A stretch of DNA of 64,000 nt, taken from positions 2,752,001 through 2,816,000 of the forward strand of contig OY762007.1 of assembly GCA_963665115.1 (NCBI GenBank), read 5' to 3'. This stretch comes from an uncultured Rivularia sp. Its GTDB lineage: Bacteria; Cyanobacteriota; Cyanobacteriia; Cyanobacteriales; Nostocaceae. Within the stretch, counting starts at the first letter, position 1. Each line of letters opens with the position of its first letter. Position numbers and translations under genes: made by a program. This document shows, in pieces, positions 1 to 13,367 of this stretch. The notes beneath the pieces were generated by a model. That model saw only the letters and a list, made by a program, of their open reading frames with translations. It was not told the origin of the DNA and did no database searches.

Positions 1-364
1 CGGTTACGTTAACTACTCTTACGCTCGTTTGAACAGACTTAAGTCTGCAAGAGTTCAAAACAGACGCGGACAGTTTGTTGCTCCTTCTTTGAGAGGTGCT
101 AACACAGCTTTATCTAGCGTTAGATTCCCTGCTAACTACCGCGTATTTGTTGGAGATGCTTCTCAGGGTTATCCCATCGTTGGTTTAACGTGGATGATGG
201 TCTACAAGAAGTATCCTTCTGCTGCTAAGGCTGCTGCTGTTAAGAAGTGGATTAAGTGGGTAATGACCACTGGTCAACAGTTCAATGGTAAGTTGCTTTA
301 TACCAGCATTCCTTCCAGCGTTAGAACTCGCGTAATCAATCAAGTTAACAGAGAAGTTAAGTAA
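1..364 (+). CDS. pstS: Phosphate ABC transporter substrate-binding protein, 3' part (starts before window)
   Basis: C-terminal PstS motif GYPIVGLTW; directly upstream of pstC-pstA-pstB. Confidence 0.9.
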   Translation, partial: GYVNYSYARLNRLKSARVQNRRGQFVAPSLRGANTALSSVRFPANYRVFVGDASQGYPIVGLTWMMVYKKYPSAAKAAAVKKWIKWVMTTGQQFNGKLLYTSIPSSVRTRVINQVNREVK

Positions 365-450
365 TTAGCTTCTGTTCTTGTCTGTCAAACAGGCTTGTAA
401 TAGGTATATCTTGCCTGCATTATGATGTGTTCTTAATCGTTAATTGAACC

Positions 451-486
451 AAGATGGGGTGGGTATTAATTGCCCACCCTTATCTT
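451..486 (+). terminator. Stem-loop between pstS and pstC (terminator or mRNA-stabilising hairpin)
   Basis: AAGATGGGGTGGGTA ... TGCCCACCCTTATCTT inverted repeat. Confidence 0.65.
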
Positions 487-584
487 TAGGTATGTATAGC
501 GATAATTATAAGCAGACAAGGATTTACGATTTCTTCGGGGTTAATTTTCTGCAAATCTAGAATCCAAAATCTAAAAGACTGGTA

Positions 585-1565
585 ATGGCTAATTCATCGA
601 TTCAACCAAATTCAGTAGTAGATGACAAGCTCGATATTTTTGCTCAAGATGCAAAAAATCTATGGCTAGAGCAAGGTTTCAAATGGCTGGTACGCGCTTT
701 TGCGATATTTGTGGTATTTATGTTCCTGTGGATGATTTATATCATTTTTCAGGAAGCACGACCAGCTGTTATAAAGTTTGGACTCGGATTTTTGTGGAGC
801 CAAGACTGGGATACTGTTGAAGGGGTTTATGGTGCATTGCCCTACATTTACGGAACCCTTGTCAGCAGCTTTTTAGCGATTTTAATTGCTATTCCTGTAG
901 GGTTGGCGATTTCTCTTGTTACCAGTGAAGATTTTTTACCTAATTATGTGCGATCGCCAATTGCTTTTATCGTTGAGTTGATTGCGGCAATTCCCAGCGT
1001 AATCATCGGTTTGTGGGGTGTTTTTGTACTAATTCCGATTATCACACCCTTACAAAATTGGTTATCGCTAACTTTCGGCTGGATACCGCTGTTTGCTACT
1101 GAATCCCCTAGCGGTGACAATTTGTTAACTGCGGGAATTATTTTGGCTATCATGATTTTGCCAACAATGGCAGCAATTAGCCGCGATGTTTTATTAGTAG
1201 TTCCCCAACATTACCGCAGCGGTTCGATGGCTCTAGGTGCTACACGTTGGGAGACAATTTTCAAAGTATTATTACCTACAGGTTTCTCTGGTATCGTCGG
1301 TGCTACAATGCTGGCTTTGGGACGGGCTTTAGGCGAAACAATGGCTGTAACGATGGTTATTGGTAACTCGGAATTTATCAGCGCTTCTTTGCTGGATGCA
1401 AGCTATACAATTCCGGCTGTATTAGCGAATGAATTTGCTGAAGCTGAAAACAGACTGCACGTTGGAGCTTTAACTTATTTAGCTTTGGTTTTGTTCGTTG
1501 TTACTCTAGCAGTTAATATCGGTGCTGTGCTATTAGTGCAATGGTTGAACAGAAAAAACAAGTAG
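585..1565 (+). CDS. pstC: Phosphate ABC transporter permease PstC
   Basis: LIAAIPSVIIGLWG, ALGATRWET and GRALGETMAV motifs; operon order. Confidence 0.96.
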   Translation: MANSSIQPNSVVDDKLDIFAQDAKNLWLEQGFKWLVRAFAIFVVFMFLWMIYIIFQEARPAVIKFGLGFLWSQDWDTVEGVYGALPYIYGTLVSSFLAILIAIPVGLAISLVTSEDFLPNYVRSPIAFIVELIAAIPSVIIGLWGVFVLIPIITPLQNWLSLTFGWIPLFATESPSGDNLLTAGIILAIMILPTMAAISRDVLLVVPQHYRSGSMALGATRWETIFKVLLPTGFSGIVGATMLALGRALGETMAVTMVIGNSEFISASLLDASYTIPAVLANEFAEAENRLHVGALTYLALVLFVVTLAVNIGAVLLVQWLNRKNK

Positions 1566-1648
1566 TTTATTTTACGTAAATGTCCTAAAGCTAGCAGTGA
1601 TTTTGCTTAAAGATTCTCGTCGAAAATGTTTTGCATAGGTTGAGAGAA

Positions 1649-2527
1649 ATGAATGCTAGAAAACGTCCGGAAATTGATATATCTGTAGCAAGAGAAGTAT
1701 GCAATCCTCTCTCTCCAGAAAGGTTTGTATTTCAATATGGAATGACGGCGATTGCTTTTCTTCTTACCTTTTTGGCGCTGTTACCCTTGTTTTCGTTGGT
1801 ATGGGAGATTCTCGGACGGGGGCTGTCCAATCTCAAAGCAGAAATGTTTGTCAAGCAAGTAATCGATTTTGGGTTTGCCAATGCAATTTTTGGTACCCTG
1901 ACAATGGTTACAATTGGTTCTTTGTTTAGTATTCCTGTCGGGGTGATGACGGGGATATTTCTATCGGAATTTGGTAAAGATTCCAAGATTGCTCCTGCTG
2001 TACGCTTTGTTACCACTATTCTGGCTGGCGTACCTTCGATTGTTGTTGGTGTATTTGCTTATGGTGTGTTCATCGCTACAACCAAGCAATTTAGCGCTGT
2101 TGCCGGTGGTTTTGCTTTGGGTGTAATCATGCTTCCGGTTATTGCTCTGACAACCGAAGAAGTATTAAAACTCGTTCCTAATTCCTTACGATTAGCATCC
2201 GCAGCATTGGGTGGAAACCGCTTTCAAACTACTTTTCGCGTTGTGCTGGCTGCCGGATTACCCGGAATTACTACAGCGACATTATTGGCGATCGCCCGTG
2301 CTAGTGGTGAAACAGCACCGTTAATTTTCACGGCTTTGTTCAGCGATTTTTGGTCAGAAGGATTGCTTCGCCCTACAGCTTCATTACCAGTATTAATTTA
2401 TCGCTTCTATCAGCAAGACGATCCACAGATATTCCAACTAGTGTGGACAGCTTCGATTGTATTAGTGGGTTTAATCTTCTTGTTGAATCTTCTGTCTCGC
2501 GTAATTACCAGTAAAAAACTAAAGTAA
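1649..2527 (+). CDS. pstA: Phosphate ABC transporter permease PstA
   Basis: [12 protein letters not shown] and [13 protein letters not shown] motifs; ATG 1649 preferred over TTG 1631. Confidence 0.95.
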   Translation: MNARKRPEIDISVAREVCNPLSPERFVFQYGMTAIAFLLTFLALLPLFSLVWEILGRGLSNLKAEMFVKQVIDFGFANAIFGTLTMVTIGSLFSIPVGVMTGIFLSEFGKDSKIAPAVRFVTTILAGVPSIVVGVFAYGVFIATTKQFSAVAGGFALGVIMLPVIALTTEEVLKLVPNSLRLASAALGGNRFQTTFRVVLAAGLPGITTATLLAIARASGETAPLIFTALFSDFWSEGLLRPTASLPVLIYRFYQQDDPQIFQLVWTASIVLVGLIFLLNLLSRVITSKKLK

Positions 2528-2600
2528 AGCTTTACTGCAAAAGCTTCTACATTCCTTCTGTTGCAGTTTATTCGTTTCAATCATCCAAGTTTCTTTCTTC

Positions 2601-3380
2601 ATGAGTAACTTAATCCCGGCTATTACCGTCAAAAACCTTGCTTTCTACTACGGTACTTTCAAAGCACTTCAAGGAGTGTCTTTAGATATTTACCAAAGGC
2701 AAGTTACTGCACTTATTGGTCCTTCCGGTTGCGGTAAGTCAACTTTCATCAAATCTCTCAACCGCATTGGCGAATTAGAATCTAACGTCAAAATTGATGG
2801 AAAAGTCGATTTTTTCGGTCAAAATATCTATTCTCCCCGCGTTAACCTCAACAGATTGCGCCGTCAAATTGGGATGGTGTTCCAAAAGCCAAATCTTTTC
2901 CCCATGAGCATTTACGATAACGTAGCTTATGGAATTAGAATTGCCAGACATTCCCCTAAGTCTGAATTGGATGGTATTGTCGAATCTGCAATTAAGGGTG
3001 CTGCATTATGGGATGAAGTCAAGGACAAGCTACACAAATCGGCTTTAGGTTTGTCTGGTGGACAACAACAGCGTTTATGTATTGCCCGTTCTTTAGCAGT
3101 CAGACCAAAAGTGTTGCTAATGGATGAACCTTGTTCCGCTTTAGATCCGATCGCAACTATGAAGATTGAGGAATTAATCGATAGTTTGCGTGGTGAATTG
3201 ACAATTGCAATTGTGACTCACAATATGCAACAAGCCCAGCGTGTCGCTGACTTTACAGCATTCTTTAGTACTGATGAAAGCCGTATCGGTCAAATGGTTG
3301 AGTTTGGTACTACCGACCAAATTTTCAAAAATCCTTTAGATCGTCGTACCCGCGATTATGTTTCCGGACGTTTCGGTTAA
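2601..3380 (+). CDS. pstB: Phosphate ABC transporter ATPase PstB
   Basis: [31 protein letters not shown]-terminal YVSGRFG. Confidence 0.97.
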   Translation: MSNLIPAITVKNLAFYYGTFKALQGVSLDIYQRQVTALIGPSGCGKSTFIKSLNRIGELESNVKIDGKVDFFGQNIYSPRVNLNRLRRQIGMVFQKPNLFPMSIYDNVAYGIRIARHSPKSELDGIVESAIKGAALWDEVKDKLHKSALGLSGGQQQRLCIARSLAVRPKVLLMDEPCSALDPIATMKIEELIDSLRGELTIAIVTHNMQQAQRVADFTAFFSTDESRIGQMVEFGTTDQIFKNPLDRRTRDYVSGRFG

Positions 3381-3385
3381 GGTTT

Positions 3386-3426
3386 GGATTCCTGCACTTA
3401 GGATTGGGGTGCAGGCTCCGTTTTTT
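3386..3426 (+). terminator. Rho-independent terminator of the pst operon
   Basis: CCTGCAC...GTGCAGG stem followed by a T-run. Confidence 0.75.
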
Positions 3427-3681
3427 CTGTTACGAATTGACTAAAGTATAAGGCTTACATAGATTTATACTTTTATAAAATCGTATTTAAAGTCATAGCG
3501 TTTTTGCATCAACATATGAATTTTAATAATTTATGGTATTAAGAAGCCGGGTTTCTTCATTATTAGCAATAGCCGCAACTGGCACAAGAACCTAAAAATC
3601 TTAAATATTTTTCTGTATTTATACTTTGATTTTAGAGTATATTATACTACTAATATTTGTTGTAGGAATACTTTTGCATAA

Positions 3682-4780
3682 ATGAAACTTTTAGCTGTAA
3701 AAAAGCGATTTTTATATGTCGCAATTTTTTTATTTATACTATTAAACTTAATCTTTCCCAAAGCTTTAAATGCTAATATGGCTCAGCCTTGGCAAGAGGG
3801 ACAATTAATAGGAGAACCCACAGGGGATTTCCGCAATTTAGGAATTATTTGGGAAAAACTGAATTTCGATTTGCGTCCCTTAAATGATTTAGGAGAAAGT
3901 ACGGTAACGGCAATTTATCAAATTCGTAATGATGGCGAACAAACTCCCGTAGAGCTTTTATTCGTTTCTCCCGGTATAAAAGCTGGTAACGTTACTATAG
4001 ATGGAAAGACAATCGCTGCGGAAACCATTAAAAATCCGAAACTGCCTCCAACTTGGCAAGCACCATTGCAAGTACCTGGAATTGATGGCGGTTTCAGTTG
4101 GGTACTTTGTAAATAAGTCTGTATCAGCTTTGAAATTCAAACCATTTATTCCGCAAGGAGAACATCAACTTCAGGTAAAATATGTAGTCGAACCAAGTAG
4201 CTACGATGATTCAACTTATAAAGATTATCAAGTTGTTTATATATTAGCTCCTGCAAAAAATTGGGCTTTTTTTAAACGTTTAGAAGTGGAAATTAAAATA
4301 CCTAAGAATTGGAAAGTCGCTACTTCATTACCGATGAAAGGCACGGGTAACATATTGAAGGCAACCTTTAACAAAATTCCTGCGGATAATCTGGCAATTT
4401 CAACTCGTCCCCATTTACCCTGGTATGTAAGTTTGATTATTTCACTATTCCCAGTTGTCTTTTACATCGGTGGTTTAATAGCTGCGGGTTGGGTAGGCAA
4501 AGCAGCGATTAGAAAAACAGACAAATTAAAAGTACGTTTATTTATAGCTCTATTGGTTGCCATACCTTTAGGAATCTTCGCTTTCTTAGTGCTAGCAATT
4601 ATCGGTTTGTTTTTCGGACATAAATTGTCAAATGTATTATTACAAACGATACATCTTTCTAACACCTATGGACAAGGAATTGCAATATTGTTCTTTTTAT
4701 TTATAGGTTTATTTATCAGCGGTTTTATCGCGTTCGTTTCGGCACTCTTTTTAGGAAGAAAGCGAATAGTTAGCAATTGA
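3682..4780 (+). CDS. Hypothetical exported/membrane protein (signal peptide, soluble domain, three C-terminal TM helices); split by a +1 frameshift near 4093
   Basis: ORFs 3682-4116 and 4001-4780 join if one T is removed from GGTTTCA. Confidence 0.7.
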
Positions 4781-4913
4781 GGCGAAAGAGTTACGCAGTG
4801 TTGCCAAATCAAATATTAATAATTTTGTCAATAGCCCTTAAATAACGAAAATGTAGAGATATAGTATTGTATATCCCTACAAAATTTATATATATGATGA
4901 ACTTATGATAACT

Positions 4914-5135
4914 TCAATAAGCACCAGTTTTTTGCAGTATCACTCTAAAAGTTTGCAAAAATATTCTCAAATCAAGCAGTATTGACCAATTTTCGATGTA
5001 GTTCATATCTAATTTAATTACATCGTCAAAATTGTCAATTTCAGAACGTCCGGAAACCTGCCATAATCCAGTGATACCGGGAAGAACTTCTTGACGAATG
5101 TAATGCTTAGTTTTAAATTTTTCTACATCACGCAT
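4914..5135 (-). pseudogene. 3' fragment of a bacterial sugar transferase (WcaJ-like phosphoglycosyl transferase)
   Basis: VLPGITGLWQVSGRS...DMNYIENWSILLDLRI...GAY is the family C-terminus; the upstream catalytic part is absent. Confidence 0.8.
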
Positions 5136-5445
5136 AGACGATTTACGCGAAAATAGCGAAAAATTGAATTCTCTGGTGGTGTTGAGAATGATGCAAGATG
5201 TCAATAAAAACAAACATTTTTTATATATCACATATTAGCTTTCATTAATCATCTAATTGTTGATTGCTATCAAACTATAGTGCAAAAAAGAGAAACCTAT
5301 TCTTAGCAGTAAATCAACTTAAAGACAACTACTTTGCATAAAATTCATACATACTTCTGCTAATCTTAATATTGTCCCAGTGGTTAATATTTTCCGAATT
5401 CATTTTTTTAAGAGTAAGTCTAGTTTATATTTAATAAATAGTCAT

Positions 5446-5508
5446 CTTAAACAAACATTAATCTCTCGTTATTTATTCTTTAATATTTATTTTATAGTAT
5501 TTTAAAGT
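5446..5508 (+). promoter_or_regulatory. Candidate SphR Pho box array
   Basis: YTTAAYYW-like 8-mers at an 11-bp period (5446 CTTAAACA, 5457 ATTAATCT, 5468, 5479 TTTAATAT, 5490, 5501 TTTAAAGT) upstream of a phosphatase gene; AT-rich context lowers certainty. Confidence 0.5.
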
Positions 5509-5997
5509 AAATACATAACATATTCGCGTATTTATTCAATTATTCAGGAAAAAATCTGAATAAATATTTTGAATAAAAGATAAATACTTTAAATAGTTAA
5601 CTAGCAAGCAAATATTATGGCTCAGACAACCGGATTAGCTCGTGGCGGATTTGTGATAAGTAAGATTTTTGTTGACTCTAATAGATTGCAAAAATATGTA
5701 AAAGAGAATACTAATTCTACAACCTTAGACGCAAGAAAAGACTGAGGATGATTGTATTTTTTACCAAACGATAGATCCCAGCTTTAATTAATTCTGAGAT
5801 GCTAATAGCAATAAAAATTGGGTGCATTTGAGTAATTTTTAATTGTGAGAAAGTTTTCTAAAAAGTTAGAAAATTATTCCTAAGCTAGTTTAATTTCAAT
5901 CTATTAACTGAGTCGGTGTAGTTGAGTGACTCAGAAGTTTTGGTTTGAATATTCCGAAGGTTAATTCAGCTATTTCACTAAATAGAACACTTTCCCT

Positions 5998-8900
5998 ATG
6001 GCTACAACTTTATCTACGGGCGATATTGCGATTATTGGTGTAAATTCTGATAATCCTGATGATTTTAGTTTCGTTTTATTAATAGACATTGAAGCGAATA
6101 CCGAAATCAGATTTACTGACAGTGGCTGGTTAGATACTAATCAATTTAGATCCAATGAAGGAGCATTTAAGTATACTGCCCCAACAAACTTATCTGCTGG
6201 AACAGTAATCAATTTTGGTAATGATGCGGTCAATTTTGCATCTGATAATGATGCTGATGTGGGTAATAATGGATTTAATTTGTCTAGCAGTGGCGACCAA
6301 GTTATTGCTTTCCAAGGAACATCCACTAATCCAACTTTTATATACGCCGTACAAACAAACAGTACACAATTCCAAACTACTGCTAGTAGTTTCTAATGAT
6401 TCTGCTCTACCAAATGGCTTGGTAAATGGTACTTCTGCTGTAGCAGTCGGACAAGGTTCTGGTGTAGGAGATGAATGGGATAATTCTGTTTACAATATGT
6501 CCGTCACCAGTGGAACCAAAGAAGAAATTCTCGCAGCAGTTAGCAATGCAGCTAATTGGACGGGTTCCAATGATGCTTTAACAATACCAAGTAGTTCTTT
6601 CACTGTGGGTGATTCGGACAATAATAACGAAACAGATACAACGGCTCCCGAACTCAACGATTCTAATCCCCTAATTCCAGCAGACGATGGAAATAATGCT
6701 TTAGTTGATGCCAATCTAACTATTAAATTTAACGAAAGCATTCAAAAGGGTACGGGTAATATCGTTCTAAGGAAAACTGATGATGATTCTGTAGTAGAAA
6801 CCTTTGATGTTGCGACTTCCACAGCAGTTACCGTTAGTGGCGATACCGTAACTATTAATCCTACAAATAACCTTGAAGCTTCGACAGGTTTCTATGTAGA
6901 AATTGATGCGGGAGCTATTGAAGATGCAGCAGGTAACGATTTTGAGGGAATTTCGGGAAATGAAACTTGGAATTTTTCCACTGGTACGGAAGATTCAATT
7001 ACTAACATTTACCAAATCCAAGGTGCCGCTCATACTTCACCGCTTGTAGGTGAATCTGTAACCACAACTGGTATTGTTACCGCAGTCGATAGCAACGGTT
7101 TTTATCTTCAAGACGCTACGGGAGATAATAACAATGCAACTTCCGACGCTATCTTTGTTTTCACTGGTTCTAATCCAACGGTAACAGTTGGTGATGATAT
7201 AGAAGTTAGCGGTACTGTTAGCGAATTCTTCCCTGGTGGTGCGGATACGGGAAATCTTTCCACAACTCAAATTAGTAGTCCTTCCGTAACCGTAAAATCT
7301 AGCGGTAATACTCTTCCCGCAGCAACAATTATTGGTACTGGTGGTAGAATTCCTCCTACCGAAAATATTGATGATGATGCTTTCACCAGTTTTGAACCAG
7401 ATACAGATGGAATTGATTTCTTTGAATCATTGGAAGGAATGCGAGTCACTGCCAAAGATGCAGTAGCTGTTGCTCCTACTAACAGATTTGGGGAAATTTT
7501 TACTGTTGTTGATAACGGTGAAAATGCTACAGGTTTAAGTGAAAGGGGTACTTTAAATATCAGCCCCGATGACTTCAACCCTGAAAAAGTCCAAATTGAT
7601 GAAGATTCGGATATTTTACCAGGATTTGATATTCCTGAAGTTAATGTTGGTGCAGAATTAGGAGATGTTACCGGGGTTGTTGGTTACGGTTTCGGCAACT
7701 TCGAGATTTACCCAACTCAGGAATTTACCGTCACTGATTCTACTATCCAACCAGAAACCACTAACTTAATGGGTGGTGCAGATAAACTGACAGTTGCTAG
7801 CTATAACGTTCTTAATTTAGATCCCAATGATGCAGATGGGGATGAAGATGTAGCAGATGGAAGATTTAATGCAATTGCAAATCAAATCGTCAGCAATCTA
7901 AAAGCTCCCGACATCATTGGTTTGCAGGAAATTCAGGATAATAGCGGTTCTGGCGATGATGGTGTAATATCTGCTGACCAAACTTTGCAACAACTAGTTG
8001 ATGCGATCGCAACTGCTGGTGGTCCGACGTATAGTTTTATCGACAACACCTTTATCGGTAATAATACTAGCGGTGGTCAACCCGGTGGCAATATTCGTAC
8101 TGCTTTCCTCTACAATACCGACCGCGTAGACTTAGTAGATGGTTCAGTTGAAACAATTGAAGATAATGGTTTTACAGGTAGCCGCTTACCTCTAGTAGCT
8201 AAATTTACTTTCAATTCTGAAGAAGTAACCGTTGTTAACAATCATTTTTCTTCCAAAGGTGGTAGCGCTCCGATTTTAGGTGTAGAGCAACCTTTTGAAG
8301 CACGTCAAGAAGATGTGAATGTCAACGGCAGCCTTGATGAGCGTCAAGCACAAGCCCAAGCTGTCAAGGGTTACGTTGATGGAATATTAGCAGAAGATGT
8401 AAAAGCTAACGTTGTTGTACTTGGCGACTTGAACGAGTTTGAATTTGTCTCTCCCGTCGAAACCCTAGCGGAAAGCTTGACAAATTTGACAGAAACTGTA
8501 CCAGCAAACGAACGTTACAGTTTTAATTTTCAAGGTAATTCACAATCCTTGGATCATATTTTAGTTAGCGATAATTTAGAAGATAATGCTGAGTTTGATA
8601 TCGTACACGTCAACTCAGAGTTTGCCGATACTTCCGCAAAAGCAAGCGACCACGATCCGTTAGTAGCAAGTTTGTCAATAAGTAATCAAAATACACAGAA
8701 CTACCAAAATATGCTTAACTTTGCTGGAACTATTGAATTAGAAGGTGCAGAAATTTCTGCTTACGATTCTGGAACTCAGCGCATCTTTGTGACTGGAGAA
8801 GCAGGAGAAGACAATGCATTTGACATTGAAGAAGGTTCTCCGATTCTGCAAGCTGTAGATGTTTCCGATCCCACTAACCCTACAGTAATTGGACAAATTG

Positions 8901-11900
8901 ACCTTTCAAGCTACGGTGATGGAGTTCAAAGCGTTGCAGTTAAGAATGGTGTTGTTGCTGTAGCTGTTTCTGCTGAAACTTCAACCGATCCAGGTAAAGT
9001 TGTTTTCTTCAACGCTTCCGATTATTCTGAATTATCTCAGGTAACTGTAGGTGCTTTACCTGATATGCTTACCTTTACCCCCGACGGTAGCAAGGTATTG
9101 GTTGCTAACGAAGGCGAACCCAACGATAGATACACTGTCGATCCAGAAGGTTCGGTTAGCATTATTAATGTTTCCGATATTTCTAATCCTACTGTTACCA
9201 CTGCCGATTTCACAGCATTTAACAGTCAGGCAGATACTTTGAGAAGTCAGGGAGTTAGAATTTTTGGTCAGAAAGCTGATGGTAGTATGTCTACAGCAGC
9301 CGAAGATTTTGAACCAGAATACATTGCTGTATCACCCGATGGAACAGCTGCTTTTGTTGCTTTGCAAGAAAACAATGCTTTTGCTGTTCTTGACATTGAG
9401 CAAGGTGAAGTTACAAGTATTTTACCTTTAGGATTCAAAGATTGGAGCGGTACGAATCCCACATTGAAGCCATTCAAAGCAACATTTGAAGGTTCTCAAG
9501 AAGTTACACCTAATAGCTCTACAGCTACAGGAAACGCTTTATTACAACTCAATCAAGCGGGAGATGCCCTAAACTATACCATGACCGTTGAAGGTCTGGA
9601 TTTTGGGGAATTAGCAGGTGGAGCAGCTCAAACAGAAGATGCAGGTGATGATGTAACTGGGATACACTTCCACAACGCTGCACGTGGAGCAGGTGGTCCG
9701 GTTGTGTTTGGTATTGTCGGCCCCCGCGCAGGATACCGACGATCGCACTATTACTATTAACGCTGATGGTACAACTACAATTTCTGGCGTTTGGGAAACT
9801 ACAGATACCGCAGCCAGTGAAAGTTTAAGTACTTTCGTCGCCGATTTGCAAGCTGCAAACACAGGTGATGATACAAATCTTTACTTCAACATCCACACCG
9901 AAGAATTTCCAATGGGTGAAATTCGCGGTCAAATTATGGGTAGTTCTGTAGAGCTTGATGCTAGTAACAGAGACGACGGAATAAACTTCGCTAACTACCC
10001 CAACCTCCAGGGGATGTACCAACCCGATGCGATCGCCAGTTATGAAGCTAACGGCGAAACCTACTACATCACCGCTAACGAAGGGGATGCACGCATTCGT
10101 CCCGATGATGATATTGAAGTTGATGGCGAGGAAATTGAAGAAGGTGCTGATTTCAACGAAGAAACACGAGTCAAAGATTTAACACTTGACCCCACGGCTT
10201 TCCCTGACGCTGCAACCTTGCAACAAGATGAAAATCTAGGTCGTCTCAAAACTACTACTACTCTAGGTGATACCGACGGAGATGGTGATTTTGACCAAAT
10301 CTACGCTTACGGTGGTCGTTCCTTCTCCATCTTTAACAGCAGCGGTGAATTAGTTTACGATAGCGGCGATTTAATTGGTAAATTGACAGCCGAACTAGTT
10401 CCCGAAAAATTCAACTCCCAAGGTACTGCCGACAGTTTCGACAGCCGCAGCGATGACAAAGGAGCCGAACCCGAAGGTGTAACTGTGGGTATGGTTGGCG
10501 ACAAAACCTATGCTTATGTTGGTTTGGAAAGAACCGGCGGTGTAATGGTATTTGACGTAAGTAATCCTACCGCAGCTAGCTTCGTGCAGTACATTAATAA
10601 CGAAGGTGATAGAAGTCCCGAAGGTTTGACTTTCATCGATGCACAAAACAGTCCAAACAGCAACTCTTTATTGGCAGTTACCAATGAAGTCAGCGAAACA
10701 TTAAGTATCTATAACGCTGGTACTGAAAGTACAGATACTTACACCTTACAAATTCTTCACGCTTCCGACTTAGAAGGCGGAGTAGATGCAATTGATAGTG
10801 CTGCTAATTTCGCGGCAATCGTTGATAAACTCGAAGACGAGTTTGAAAACACCATCACTCTTTCTGCTGGTGACAACTATATTCCTGGGCCATTCTTCGG
10901 TGCAGCAGGCGATCGCTCTTTACGCACTCCCCTACAAGAATTTTACCAAGAGTACTTCAACAATAGTGGTTTAACCAACGTTCGCGAAGGTGTAGGGCGC
11001 GTTGATATCTCGATTATGAACGCGATTGGTTTCGATGCTTCTGCGGTTGGAAACCACGAATTTGATACTGGTACTAGTAATATTGCCGATATCATCGGTA
11101 CCGATATTCGCGGGAATACTTTAGGAGATGCTCGCTGGTTGGGCGCTCAATTCCCTTACCTCAGCGCAAACTTGGATTTCTCTGGCGATCGTAATCTTTC
11201 TGGTTTATACACTAGCGATATTTTAAGCAACACAGCTTTCCAATCCACACCCGACGATTTAACCGCAGCAGCCGCAGCACCAAAAATTGCTCCTGCAACA
11301 ATTATCGAATCAGGTGGAGAAAAAATCGGTGTTGTTGGTGCGACAACTCAATTAGTAGAAACAATTTCTTCTACTGGTGGTGTTGACGTTATCGATCCAG
11401 AATCAAACAATATGGCTGAATTAGCGAAAATTCTTCAGCCTACCATTGATAAGTTAATTGCTGATGGTATTAACAAAGTTGTTGTTGTCAGCCACTTACA
11501 ACAAATTGCTTTAGAAAAAGAACTCGTTGGTTTACTTAGTGGTGTAGACGTAGTAATCGCTGGTGGTTCCGATACACTCCAAGCTGATAGCACCGACGTT
11601 TTACGGAATGGAGATACCGCAGTAGAAGATTATCCTTTTGAAACTACCAATAAAGACGGCGATCCAGCTGTAATTGTTAGTACTGACGGAGAATATTCCT
11701 ACGTCGGTCGTTTGGTAGTTGACTTTGATGCTCAAGGTAAAGTTATCCTTGACAGCATCGACGAAAATGTCAGCGGTGTTTACGCTACTGACGAATCTGG
11801 CTTAAACGCCGTCTATGGTGAAGAAGATGCATTTGCTGAAGGTAGCAGAGGCGAACAAGTTAAAACTTTAACTCAAGCAGTTGACGCTGTAGTTATTGCC

Positions 11901-13235
11901 AAAGATGGCATTATCTATGGAAACACCGATGTTTTCTTGGAAGGAAGACGCTCGGAAGTTCGTACCGAGGAAACCAACTTTGGTAACTTGACTGCTGATG
12001 CAAACTTAGCTGCTGCGAAGAAAGCTGATGAATCAGTAGTAATATCCATCAAAAACGGCGGTGGAATCCGAGCCGAAATCGGTGCAATTGACGGTATCAC
12101 TGGTGAAGAATTACCAACAAGAGCAAACCCCGAAGCTGGTAAAGAAGCTGGAGAAATTTCTCAACTAGATATTGAAAACTCCCTACGCTTTAATAACGAG
12201 TTAACTTTATTAACCGTAACCGCTCAAGAACTACTAGATATCATTGAGCATAGCGTAGCAGATAGCGGAGACGGAAAGACTCCCGGACGTTTCCCTCAAG
12301 TCAGCGGTTTGGAATTTAGCTTCGACGATGATTCAGAAGTTGGCGACAGAGTAGAATCCTTAGCAGTTGTTAACGAAGACGGCGAAATTATCGATGTAGT
12401 TGCTAGAGACGGCGAATTACAAGGTGAAGCCAGCCGTACCTTCCGCATAGTTACCTTAAACTTCCTTGCTGGTGGTGGTGACGGATATCCTTTCCCAACT
12501 GGAGAAAGTGCAAACCGGGTAGATTTAGTCGAAGAAGGTGCAGCACGTACTGGTATGGCTACTGCTGCTGACGACGGTTCAGAACAAGATGCTTTAGCTG
12601 AGTACTTAGCGACAAACTTCTCAACCGAAGCCGATGCCTTTGACATTGCTGATGTTGCACCAGCACAAGATATGCGGATTCAAAATCTCGACTTCCGCGA
12701 AGATACTGTATTAGAAGGATTTAACGATTTAATTGGAGAAATCGAAACTACAACCCTAGCAGACGGAACACAAGTCGAATCTATCGATCTAACTGGCTTA
12801 ACTGGTCAAGCTACAGTAAACTATACCATTAGCAGAGAAGCTGACTTCGACAACGAAGTTTACTTCTACGCAGTTGATAGTATCAACGGTACTGTTGACG
12901 GTATCGCAGTTGGTGAAGAAGGTTACATGGCAGCAGCTTTAGCCAACGTTGTTTCTTCTGAATTCTCTATCGGTGACGATGAGACAGAAACCAGAAGCGC
13001 TCAATTTGATGCAGGTTCTGTAGTCGTTCCTTTAATAATCGCTGATGGTGATTTAGCTGAAGCACTAAGCGGTGCGGCAGAAGTTTATTTCCCATACTTG
13101 GGTGCTAACACAGACAATGGTACCTTTGACCACATCAAGTTGCTTGATAGCAACACCTTCGGTTTTGAAGACTTACCCAACGGTGGTGACGAAGATTTCA
13201 ATGATATTGAAATTAGAATCAATAGCATTGCTTAA
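5998..13235 (+). CDS. Giant extracellular nuclease / alkaline phosphatase / 5'-nucleotidase fusion (~2,410 aa); two +1 frameshifts near 6391 and 9723
   Basis: Ig-like domain; OB-fold plus EEP nuclease (GLQEIQD, GDLNE, SDHDP); PhoA/choice-of-anchor-I region (ANEGEP, EPEG); CHRD; metallophosphatase (HASDLEG, AGDN, GNHEFD); 5'-nucleotidase C-domain (NGGGIRA, GGGDGY); DUF4114-like tail (FGFEDL..GGD.DFND). Confidence 0.85.
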
Positions 13236-13257
13236 ATTGGCGAGTTAATATTTACAA

Positions 13258-13367
13258 CTAGTAGTTGATTGCATAAATTCTGAAGGGTTCGTTTTCGACC
13301 TAACGTCGGGAGACGTAGCACTGCTACGTCTCTACAACCCATCAAAACAAATGAAATGAACTACTAG
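13258..13367. mobile_element. MITE-like element with central GAGACGTAGCACTGCTACGTCTCTAC palindrome
   Basis: CTAG at both ends, imperfect terminal inverted repeats, near-identical inverted copy at about 29548-29646. Confidence 0.7.

Noticed and set aside
4914..5231. 105-aa ORF as an intact gene
   Set aside because: First ~30 codons are unrelated to the sugar-transferase family; treated as a fragment
9700..9760. Programmed frameshifting or phase variation at the gene splits
   Set aside because: Runs are only 3-5 nt, no slippery heptamers, and the same +1 pattern hits housekeeping genes
6141..12646. Many short antisense or alternate-frame ORFs in the giant phosphatase and other genes
   Set aside because: Shadow ORFs of strongly coding genes with no motifs
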